Shown: positions 1 through 7,821 of the stretch, piece by piece
Numbering within the stretch: position 1 is the stretch's first letter
Layout: each line of letters opens with the position of its first letter
Assembly: GCA_049966395.1 (NCBI GenBank)
Contig: JBMFUT010000013.1
Location: forward strand, 3,120-19,529
From: Candidatus Micrarchaeia archaeon
GTDB lineage: Archaea; Micrarchaeota; Micrarchaeia; Micrarchaeales; CABMGC01
Length of the DNA: 16,410 bases
Direction: 5' to 3'
Position numbers and translations under genes: made by a program
The notes under the pieces: generated by a model
What the model was told of the DNA's origin: nothing
Database searches by the model: none
The model's input: the letters and a program-made list of their open reading frames with translations, nothing else

Positions 1-2
1 TA

Positions 3-35
3 TGCCCTAAGAACGGCGTGAGCAAATCAAGGTAA
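3..35 (+). CDS. 3' tail of an upstream gene cut by the window edge, possibly endonuclease III (Nth)
   Basis: Frame 3-35 reads CPKNGVSKSR-stop and ends 5 nt before the EndoQ ATG. 'CPKxGVxKSR' resembles the end of many Nth proteins after the last [4Fe-4S] cysteine (from recall). Only 10 codons are visible. Confidence 0.35.
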   Translation, partial: CPKNGVSKSR

Positions 36-40
36 CAGCA

Positions 41-1294
41 ATGGAGTACATAGCAGACCTGCACTTGCATTCAAGATATTCTAGAGCATGCAGCACCGAA
101 ATAAGCATAAGGTCTCTTGACTTAGCGGCGCACACGAAAGGCATAGATATACTGGGCACGGGAGACTTCACAAGCCCACAGTGGCTTTCAGAAATAAAAA
201 GCAACCTAACAGAGACAGAAGACGGATTATACAAGCTCAAGAGCGGCGGCTTTGGCACGAGGTTCGTAGTCAGCGTGGAAGTGTCAAACATATTCGAGCG
301 CAACGGAAAGACTAGAAAGGTTCACATATGCATACTTGCGCCGAGCATAAGCACCGCGGAAAACATAAACGACGTGCTTTCCAAGTATGGAAACCTAGAG
401 TCAGACGGAAGGCCCACACTAAATCTAGACATAATAAGCATGGTAGAAATGCTCTACGAAATTGATGACAAGGTAGTGATATTTCCTGCGCATGCATGGA
501 CCCCTTTCTTCTCTGTTTTCGGCTCTTTCTTCGGCTTCGACTCCATGAAGGAAGCATTCGAGGATCAGGCAAAGCGTGTGCACGCCCTAGAAACCGGCCT
601 GAGCAGCGATCCCCCAATGAACTGGAGGGTTTCTGAGCTTGACAGCTATACTCTGGTTTCCAACAGCGATGCGCACTCTCTGCCAAACTTGGGCAGGGAG
701 GCCAATGTTTTCGATTTCGGGAGCCCATCATACGATGCACTTAAGAGCGCGATAGAAAAGAAGGATTCAAACCGCTTCCGCATGACAGTAGAGTTCTATC
801 CGGAAGAGGGAAAGTACCACTATGATGGCCACAGAAATTGCGGAGTTTCACTGAGCCCAAAAGAAGCATTGCGATACAACAACAGGTGCCCTGTCTGCGG
901 CAAGAAGCTCACTATAGGTGTGCTTCACAGGGTTGACATGCTTGCAGACAGGCCCGAAGGCTACATTCCAGACAATGCGATACCATACGTGCATGCCGAA
1001 CCTCTGCAAGAGGTGATAGCTTATGTATCAAAAAAGGGCAAGACCTCTAATTACGTCAAGGAAATGTACTCTAAGTTCATAGGGAAGTTCGGGAACGAGT
1101 TCAACGCTACTCTCAAGAGCAGTATAGAAGACATTCGCGATATTGACAAAGACATGGCTGAGGCGATAGAGAACATACGCAGCGGCAACGTAAACCTTAT
1201 TCCTGGATACGACGGCGTGTTTGGCATAGTAGACATAATGAACAGGGTAAGAAAGCCTTCAAAGGGAGAGCAGCGCAACATAACTGACTTTTAA
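41..1294 (+). CDS. endoQ: Endonuclease Q family protein (PHP domain plus Zn-binding subdomain; cleaves DNA at deaminated bases)
   Basis: PHP motifs DLHLHSRYS, GTGDF, PAHAWTP, ETGLSSD and SNSDAHS. Zn site GKYHYDGHRNC...CPVCGK, then GVLHRV and PGYDGVFG. C-terminal PIP-box QRNITDF. No helicase domain is fused. Confidence 0.88.
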   Translation: MEYIADLHLHSRYSRACSTEISIRSLDLAAHTKGIDILGTGDFTSPQWLSEIKSNLTETEDGLYKLKSGGFGTRFVVSVEVSNIFERNGKTRKVHICILAPSISTAENINDVLSKYGNLESDGRPTLNLDIISMVEMLYEIDDKVVIFPAHAWTPFFSVFGSFFGFDSMKEAFEDQAKRVHALETGLSSDPPMNWRVSELDSYTLVSNSDAHSLPNLGREANVFDFGSPSYDALKSAIEKKDSNRFRMTVEFYPEEGKYHYDGHRNCGVSLSPKEALRYNNRCPVCGKKLTIGVLHRVDMLADRPEGYIPDNAIPYVHAEPLQEVIAYVSKKGKTSNYVKEMYSKFIGKFGNEFNATLKSSIEDIRDIDKDMAEAIENIRSGNVNLIPGYDGVFGIVDIMNRVRKPSKGEQRNITDF

Positions 1295-1317
1295 TGTGCT
1301 GAAAAGCGCCTAAAAAT

Positions 1318-1334
1318 AAAGAAAAATATAAAAA
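1318..1334 (+). promoter_or_regulatory. Putative archaeal BRE/TATA promoter for the S16 protease operon (probably a leaderless transcript)
   Basis: Purine-rich AAAGAAAAA is followed by TATAAAAA (1327-1334), ending 21 nt before the ATG at 1356. Confidence 0.5.
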
Positions 1335-1355
1335 CATAAACTCAAAAATATAAGC

Positions 1356-3128
1356 ATGGAAAGAATAACACTTAGCATTATAGCTGCGTTGCTTGTCTTT
1401 GTAGCCAGCATTAATGCGCAGCAAGTTGGCAGCGCGAGTATTCATGCCCCGGCAGTCATAACCAGTGCCGAGGTCGGCACGCTTACAACAATAAGCCTCA
1501 ATGTCACAGCTGGCAGCGGCGAAGTAACCGTTACTGGCCCGAGCAGCGTGGGCTCTAGCACCATATCTTCAGCGCGGACGGCCGCGGCATACGCTTCAAA
1601 GTACCTAGGAATAAACGAAAACAGTTACAACTTCTATTATGTTATTCATGACATGAATGTAAGCGTATCTGGGCCAAGTGCCGGCCTCGCATTTACTGTT
1701 CTTGCAATATCTGCTCTGTCGCACACGCCTCTCATAAGCAATTTTACGCTTACAGGTACAATATCATATAACGGCAGCGTTGGGCTTATCGGAGGGATAT
1801 ACGATAAGGCCGGAATTGCAGCAGAAGACAAAATGAATTTCATCATCGCCCCGTTTGCAGATAACGGCAGCCTAGAGCGCTTCATGTACTACATAACGCA
1901 ACAGCACTACAACATTCCTATAGTGATGGTTGCAAACGTTTCGCAGGCGCTTCCTTACGTATACGGTTTAGAACAGCCAAGAAAAATGAGCTACAGCATT
2001 GCGGAGAACTACAATCTGCGAGCACTTCCAGAAGCAAACATGTCTTGCGCCTCGTGTAACCTCACAGCATTTTCAGAACTTACAAACTTCACTCTAAACT
2101 TCACCAGGCAAGCGATAGAAGGCATAAGCGGTAACTACTCCCAGCTGAAGTCCCAGATGCTCAATGACATGTCTCAGTATTCAGAAATAGCAAGAAAGGG
2201 CTACCTTTATACCGCGGCTGACGATTCTTTTCTTACATTCATAAATGCGTTCTTGCTTGAAAATGTCAACGACACCAACACCACAGCAGCAAGAAGCCTG
2301 ATAGCCAACGTCTCTAATTACTGCAGCATGCAAACGCCGCCGCAACTTACCAGCACAAACTACGAGTACGTTGTAGGAGGCGAAATGAGACAGGAGCTCG
2401 GCAATCTGACAGCGTCAAGCGCCTTGGAGATACTTAACACATCGCAAACCACTGATGGAGTAATTGAAAGTATATACACTGCAGCTTCTGCGGAGGGATG
2501 GTGCCTAGCCGCAAACAAAATGTACTCATTGGCAGCAGCGATGAACGGAACTCCGGTAGCAACATCCTCTAGTCTTGCCCAGGCCGCGGCTTCCGCAATA
2601 GACAACGCAAGTGCCTATGGCCCAAGCGCATACCTAAATGCTGCCATAGCAGAATACCGAGCTGGCAACTATGCAGCGGCAATTTACGCTGCTGATTACG
2701 CAGATGTGCTTGACAATACTCTTCTTTCAGGAAATTACACCACTTCGCAACTAGAATCCCTCGCTGCAGCAAACATTGCCAATGCCACAACAGGCATATG
2801 GCCAGTAGAGTTCGCGCTTCAGGCAAAGTTCTACATAACTGAAGGCAGCATAGGCGGCGCGCTGAACAAGAGCATGATGCAGGAGGGATACATAATCTCT
2901 GTTCTGGCTGACAAAATGGCAGTAGCCGACAGCACAATATCGGGTTCATTCATAGGAGCGGCATATGCACCTTCGTCTCAGCAGCTTGTTTACCTCCAAA
3001 ACGAAGTAAACCAAATATACTACCTGCTAGTGCTTGTTGCAATACTTCTTATTGCAATACTGATAATACTTCTTGCAATGCTGCTAAAGGGATACGGTTC
3101 AAATGCCAAGAAGAGGCGCATTAGATGA
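1356..3128 (+). CDS. Secreted, C-terminally membrane-anchored Lon-like (peptidase S16) serine protease without an AAA+ domain (COG1750-like)
   Basis: N-terminal signal peptide. Catalytic Ser motif VSGPSAG and Lys in TGTISYNGSVGLIGGIYDK (Ser-Lys dyad). Ala-rich helical middle region, many NxS/T sequons, C-terminal hydrophobic helix and basic tail KKRRIR. Confidence 0.85.
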   Translation: MERITLSIIAALLVFVASINAQQVGSASIHAPAVITSAEVGTLTTISLNVTAGSGEVTVTGPSSVGSSTISSARTAAAYASKYLGINENSYNFYYVIHDMNVSVSGPSAGLAFTVLAISALSHTPLISNFTLTGTISYNGSVGLIGGIYDKAGIAAEDKMNFIIAPFADNGSLERFMYYITQQHYNIPIVMVANVSQALPYVYGLEQPRKMSYSIAENYNLRALPEANMSCASCNLTAFSELTNFTLNFTRQAIEGISGNYSQLKSQMLNDMSQYSEIARKGYLYTAADDSFLTFINAFLLENVNDTNTTAARSLIANVSNYCSMQTPPQLTSTNYEYVVGGEMRQELGNLTASSALEILNTSQTTDGVIESIYTAASAEGWCLAANKMYSLAAAMNGTPVATSSSLAQAAASAIDNASAYGPSAYLNAAIAEYRAGNYAAAIYAADYADVLDNTLLSGNYTTSQLESLAAANIANATTGIWPVEFALQAKFYITEGSIGGALNKSMMQEGYIISVLADKMAVADSTISGSFIGAAYAPSSQQLVYLQNEVNQIYYLLVLVAILLIAILIILLAMLLKGYGSNAKKRRIR

Positions 3129-3568
3129 TAAAGGATGCATTTTGCAAGAAACACATACTTCGGCAAGTATTCTATAGGACCGACCATTTCATGGTGGCCT
3201 ACAATATCAAGCCAGTGCTTCCTGGCCACACGCTCGTAATACCAAGAAGGCACGTCCTAGACATTACAGAGCTCACTGCTCAAGAATTCTCTGAAATTTA
3301 CTACATACTGAAAAAAGTGAAACCAGTGCTCCTTGAAAGGTATTCCGCTGATTCCTACGACCTTGCAGTACAGATAGGAAGGCACTCTGGCCGCACTGTT
3401 CCGCATCTGCACATGCATATAATACCTAGAGGCAAGCAGGATCCTTACCAGCTTGGCAACAACAACAAGCTCTATGAGAATCTAGAAAAGGAAAGACTTT
3501 CGGCAGATGTAAGCAAAGAGATTGTGGCGCTCAGGAAAATATTCGGATGCAAGCTCAAAATGCTCTAA
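3125..3568 (+). CDS. HIT-family nucleotide hydrolase, Fhit/Ap3A-hydrolase-like
   Basis: NIKPVLPGHTLVIP and the histidine triad TVPHLHMHIIPR. The ATGA start/stop overlap with the upstream gene suggests translational coupling. Confidence 0.9.
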   Translation: MIKDAFCKKHILRQVFYRTDHFMVAYNIKPVLPGHTLVIPRRHVLDITELTAQEFSEIYYILKKVKPVLLERYSADSYDLAVQIGRHSGRTVPHLHMHIIPRGKQDPYQLGNNNKLYENLEKERLSADVSKEIVALRKIFGCKLKML

Positions 3569-4464
3569 GCGCGGTGTATCGATTGGCAAAAAGACATACG
3601 TCTGGTCTGGCCGGCAAGGCAGCGGCGGTTCTTAGGCTAACAAGGATAGAGCACAGCGCCATGCTCGTGATAGCGGTGCTTGCAGCAGAATTCATAGTAG
3701 GCAATACAGTTGCCCTTTGGGTGCTTTTACTGAGTCTAATATCTCCGGTTCTCATAAGCATGGGTGCGTTTGCCATAAACGACTATTTCGACATATCAGT
3801 AGACAAGCTTAACAAGAAGAAAAGGCCACTCGTCACGGGCGAGCTCAAGCCAGTTCACGCCATTTACATAACTGTGATATGCATGATTCTAGGCGTTGCA
3901 GCGAGCTCTGCAATAAACGCCTATTGCTTAGCTATAGCGCTGATTTTCGCCGTGCTCGCGATTTCATACAGCTACAAGCTGAAAGAGATTTTGCTTGCAG
4001 GCAATTCGTATATCGCGTTCTCAATGGCTATACCGTTCATCTTTGGCAATTATGTTGAGTCCACGACACTGCATTCAAGCATACTAATAATCTCAACGAT
4101 GATATTCATAAGCGGTCTTGCAAGGGAAATACACGGCACCATACGCGACTACTACGGTGACATAAGAGTAAGAGCCGCCAGGACCCTACCAACCGTCATA
4201 GGTACAGGCGCCTCTGCGAATGTGGCCTTCGCACTCTATGCAGTAGCAATAGCCATAAGCGCTTACATCTTCCTTTATGTCGCACCTTTCAGGCTGAATA
4301 TACTATACGCGCTCGTCATAAGCATATCTGACGCTCTGCTGATTTACGTTTCGCTTGGCTACATAACCGCAGGCAAAAGATTCTACGACAAGGCGCGCAA
4401 CATATCTCTTGCGGCAATGGCGCTTGCGCTACTTGCTTTTCTGTTTTCTCCATTTGCTGTGTAG
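3547..4464 (+). CDS. UbiA-family prenyltransferase, digeranylgeranylglyceryl-phosphate-synthase-like (true start may be the TTG at 3583)
   Basis: Multi-pass hydrophobic protein with the first Asp-rich motif INDYFDISVDKLNKKKRPL, YSYKLK...GN, and a second motif REIHGTIRDYYGD...RTLP. SD-like GCGGTG at 3571-3576 precedes the TTG at 3583. Confidence 0.82.
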   Translation: MQAQNALSAVYRLAKRHTSGLAGKAAAVLRLTRIEHSAMLVIAVLAAEFIVGNTVALWVLLLSLISPVLISMGAFAINDYFDISVDKLNKKKRPLVTGELKPVHAIYITVICMILGVAASSAINAYCLAIALIFAVLAISYSYKLKEILLAGNSYIAFSMAIPFIFGNYVESTTLHSSILIISTMIFISGLAREIHGTIRDYYGDIRVRAARTLPTVIGTGASANVAFALYAVAIAISAYIFLYVAPFRLNILYALVISISDALLIYVSLGYITAGKRFYDKARNISLAAMALALLAFLFSPFAV

Positions 4465-4473
4465 GATGAATTG

Positions 4474-4935
4474 ATGAAAAAATGCATTGTTGCAGGGGTG
4501 CTGATACTCAGTCGTGACGGAAGGCGCACTCTTCTGATAAAGCACAAAAAACTCGGGATTTGGGTATACCCTGGCGGTCATATCGAAAAAGGGGAAACTC
4601 CTCTTGAATGTGCAGTGCGGGAGGCTAAAGAGGAGACAGGCGCTAATTTTAAGGTAATTTCTGCATCAGGCATAACAATAAGATCCCGCGTCGCTTCATC
4701 GCTGCCCATGCCACTCATAGTCATGAGCGAAGACGTTCCATACAAGACAGGCCACCATACCCATTTTGACATGATCTACCTGGGAATAGCGAAAAGGGCA
4801 AAATTCAGGCCCAACAGTGAATCTACGGATTGCCGCTGGTTTTCAAGGGAGGCCGCAATGCACTTGAAGACATTTGCCAATGTCAGGCGTATCATAGGAT
4901 ACGGCTTCGAGAGGTATAATGAGCTGCGCAAATAA
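4474..4935 (+). CDS. Nudix hydrolase
   Basis: Complete Nudix box GGHIEKGETPLECAVREAKEETG, preceded by HKKLGIW and followed by HTHFDMIYL. ATG at 4474 (in-frame TTG at 4471). Confidence 0.92.
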   Translation: MKKCIVAGVLILSRDGRRTLLIKHKKLGIWVYPGGHIEKGETPLECAVREAKEETGANFKVISASGITIRSRVASSLPMPLIVMSEDVPYKTGHHTHFDMIYLGIAKRAKFRPNSESTDCRWFSREAAMHLKTFANVRRIIGYGFERYNELRK

Positions 4936-4986
4936 GCTATATATTAATTGCCTACCAAATTTATCACACACGAAGAAGGTTGTTGA

Positions 4987-5952
4987 ATGGGGGTTCTTGA
5001 CGTTTCTTGGACTGAAAAATATAGGCCTGGCAGCCTTGAGGATGTCATAGGCCAGGATGCTATAGTTGACAGGCTTAAGGCTTTTGTCAAGGCGGACAGC
5101 TTTCCGAACATGATATTTGCAGGTCCCGCAGGAGTTGGCAAGACTAGCTGTGCAATAGCCATGGCAAAGGAGCTTTACGGCGACAAAATAAACGAAGCAT
5201 TTCTTGAGCTCAACGCCTCCGACTCGAGAGGAATAGACGTAATAAGGGGAAAAGTGAAAGAGTTTGCAAGGACAATGGCTCTTTCTTCCAACACAATAAA
5301 GATAATATTCCTTGATGAAGCTGATGCCCTTACTCCAGAGGCACAGCACGCGCTAAGGAGAACAATGGAAAAGTATGCTGCAACTACAAGATTCATACTG
5401 AGCGCCAATTATGCTAGCAAGATAATAGAGCCGATACAAAGCAGATGCGTTGTGTTAAGGTTCAAGCCTCTGAACGAGGACGAGATGCGCAAATACATAA
5501 AAAGAATTGCCGAGGGCGAAGGGATAACAATCGATGACAGTGCCATATCTGCGCTAATATACGTAGCAGAGGGAGACCTCAGAAAGCTGACCAACGTTTT
5601 GCAAAGCGCGGCAATAATGAACAAAAAAGTCACAGACAAAAGCATATACGACATAGCTGCGAGGGCAAGGCCAAAGGAAGTGGTATCAATGCTCAGGTAT
5701 GCCATATCCGGCGACTTCGCCAAGGCAAGAGAAGAGCTCAATACACTGTTCCTGGCATATGGGATGAGCGGCGAGGATGTTCTTCTCCAGTGCTACAGGG
5801 AAGCACTGAACTTGAGCATAGATGACAAGTTGAAGCTCGAAATAGTTAATGCAATAGGCGACTACAATTTCAGGATAGTAGAGGGTGCCAATGACAGGAT
5901 ACAGTTGGAGGCGATGCTTGCTAAATTTGCCCTTATAGGAAAAGGAGGTTAA
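4987..5952 (+). CDS. rfcS: Replication factor C small subunit
   Basis: WTEKYRP, Walker A GPAGVGKT, ELNASDSRGIDVIR, Walker B IIFLDEAD, AQHALRRTME, the SRC motif and GDLRK. No intein. Confidence 0.97.
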   Translation: MGVLDVSWTEKYRPGSLEDVIGQDAIVDRLKAFVKADSFPNMIFAGPAGVGKTSCAIAMAKELYGDKINEAFLELNASDSRGIDVIRGKVKEFARTMALSSNTIKIIFLDEADALTPEAQHALRRTMEKYAATTRFILSANYASKIIEPIQSRCVVLRFKPLNEDEMRKYIKRIAEGEGITIDDSAISALIYVAEGDLRKLTNVLQSAAIMNKKVTDKSIYDIAARARPKEVVSMLRYAISGDFAKAREELNTLFLAYGMSGEDVLLQCYREALNLSIDDKLKLEIVNAIGDYNFRIVEGANDRIQLEAMLAKFALIGKGG

Positions 5953-6519
5953 ATGACAGTTGTTGGAATAGACCTCGATGACACTCTTTCCAATACATCT
6001 GAACCGCTGCTAGCTATCATCGAGGCGAGTAAAGGGCGAAAGCTAGGCAAAAACGAGATCTATGGAATTTTCTATAACAAACTTGAATCCGAAGATCTTA
6101 CTCGCAGTGAAATAATAGAGATGACCCACAAGCTTTGGAAAGACTACAAGAAAATAGAAATTCTGGACAAGCGAATTCCAGAAATAACAGACCGGCTGCG
6201 CTCCCTCGCAAAGATATATATAGTCACTTTTAACACGAGTCCAATGATATCCGAATGGCTAAATTCAAACAGCGTGAAATACGATAAGCTCATAGTGTGC
6301 AATGGCACCGCAGAAAAGCTCAGAAAAGAAATAGGAATTTACGTCGAGGACAGCAAGGAGGTAGCGGAATTCCTGGCTGAGAACGGCAAGAAGGTAATAC
6401 TGATAGAAAAGCCATGGCACGACGGAATTCCCAAAAGCGCAAACATTATACCTGCTAGAAATTGGGGCGATGTTGAAAGGGAACTTTTGCGCATGCTTTC
6501 AAAGACGAGCGTTGCTTGA
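5953..6519 (+). CDS. HAD-superfamily phosphatase, 5'(3')-deoxyribonucleotidase (NT5C)-like
   Basis: Motif I GIDLDDTL, motif II IVT, a motif III Lys, motif IV YVEDS and the family-typical KPWH...NW tail. Strong SD GGAGGT at 5944-5949; starts directly after the rfcS stop. Confidence 0.8.
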   Translation: MTVVGIDLDDTLSNTSEPLLAIIEASKGRKLGKNEIYGIFYNKLESEDLTRSEIIEMTHKLWKDYKKIEILDKRIPEITDRLRSLAKIYIVTFNTSPMISEWLNSNSVKYDKLIVCNGTAEKLRKEIGIYVEDSKEVAEFLAENGKKVILIEKPWHDGIPKSANIIPARNWGDVERELLRMLSKTSVA

Positions 6520-7086
6520 GCTGCCCTTTTTTGCGAAAGTAAGATAGGCAGTATGCCATATCCCTTTTGTGGAAGGTCTGGTACCTTCTTTCCTTACAAG
6601 CATTTCCCTAACAATTACTTCCACAGAATAGATATCTTTAAAATCAAGCTTCTCCAGTTTCTCGACAAAAGTCTTTACTTGCTCCATGTTAGGCAGGTAG
6701 CCTACAACATATCCTCCCTCTTTCAGTGCGCCCCTGGCATTCTTAAGTGCCTTATCTGCGTTAGGCATATCAAGTGTTACAAGGTCAACATTCTTTTCTT
6801 CTATCTTTTTTGTAACGTCCCCATTCTTGAGCACGATGTTGTGCTGGCCTGTTATATCTAAATTCTTCCTAGCTATTTCAAGGAAATCCTCACGTATGTC
6901 GTAGCTGTAAACCTGCTTGCAGACTCTTGCAAGTGCAGTTGCAAGCCAACCGCTGCCAGTCCCGGCATCTACGCATAAGCTTTCTTTTCCTATGCCAGTA
7001 TATGCTATTATTATGCCTATGTCCTTTGGGAGTATTACTTGCGGCCCTCTTTTCAGTTTCCTGTAAGCAGACGGGTAAATGAACAT
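6499..7086 (-). CDS. trmI: tRNA (adenine-N1)-methyltransferase TrmI (m1A57/58), catalytic domain only
   Basis: KRGPQVILPKD, SAM motif DAGTGSG, YDIREDF, LDMP, YLPNMEQV and the C-terminal TRPST...HTAYLTFAKK. Overlaps the convergent HAD gene by 21 bp. Confidence 0.9.
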   Translation of the reverse strand: MFIYPSAYRKLKRGPQVILPKDIGIIIAYTGIGKESLCVDAGTGSGWLATALARVCKQVYSYDIREDFLEIARKNLDITGQHNIVLKNGDVTKKIEEKNVDLVTLDMPNADKALKNARGALKEGGYVVGYLPNMEQVKTFVEKLEKLDFKDIYSVEVIVREMLVRKEGTRPSTKGIWHTAYLTFAKKGSSSNARL

Positions 7087-7090
7087 CGAA

Positions 7091-7807
7091 TCACAAGATA
7101 GATTTCAGCCTTGCGGCATCGTCATACATGTATGAGTTATTGAACATTATATATACTTTTGTTTCTTTGCGCTTTTTAACAATTTCCGCCACCTTTTTCA
7201 ATTCCTCATCAGAAAACCTGTAGCTGTACATCATCCCCTTGCCAAAACCATGCAACCTGTAATAATAAAATTTCTGGCTAAAATCTGGTGCTACCCTGAG
7301 CGGATCTGTGCACAAAACAACGCCGCTGTCTGCGCAGTATTCTGAAAGGCTGTTTATCCCGGAAATAAGCCAATCTCCTCTCGGCTCCCATATTATATCA
7401 TAACCCCCTATCCTGGAGAAGAAATCTTTTGCCCTGTCAAGGTTTGCCTTGCTGTAACCGAAGCTCGCCGGCGTTTGAAATAGCATTTTTGTCGAGCGCA
7501 AGGTTTTTGCAACCGCGATGAATTTTTCAAGCGCCTCTGTTGCGCCATCAGCGAACATGCTGACGTGGGTTATCTCTTTTGGGGCCTTTGGCACAAATTC
7601 GAACTTTTTGTTTAACTCGTCGACGTCGGCGCGCCACCTGGCTAGCGTTTTCTCCCTGGGCAATTTGTAGAACGTTTTCTCCACTTCAATTACATCAAAG
7701 AGCGACGAATACGCCTGGAGCCTGCTCGCAAAGCGGCTATTCCAGTCGCTTCCGAAGCGCTCCCTAGGGCTAAAGAACCCCAGGCCGCAGCATCCGACTT
7801 CAATCAT
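7091..7807 (-). CDS. DUF72 family protein
   Basis: VGCCG, YSSLFDVIEVEKTFY, KAPKEITH, LFQTPASF, WEPRG, YYRLHG and MFNN match the DUF72 pattern. Confidence 0.92.
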   Translation of the reverse strand: MIEVGCCGLGFFSPRERFGSDWNSRFASRLQAYSSLFDVIEVEKTFYKLPREKTLARWRADVDELNKKFEFVPKAPKEITHVSMFADGATEALEKFIAVAKTLRSTKMLFQTPASFGYSKANLDRAKDFFSRIGGYDIIWEPRGDWLISGINSLSEYCADSGVVLCTDPLRVAPDFSQKFYYYRLHGFGKGMMYSYRFSDEELKKVAEIVKKRKETKVYIMFNNSYMYDDAARLKSIL

Positions 7808-7821
7808 CGCAGCACCAAGAG

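Noticed and set aside
41..1294. Annotation as a UvrD/REP helicase
   Set aside because: Only the PHP/EndoQ portion is present; there is no Walker A or other helicase motif.
4987..5952. Intein in RFC-S (a common archaeal intein host)
   Set aside because: The 321-aa length is normal and the sequence is continuous after GKT, with no splicing motifs.
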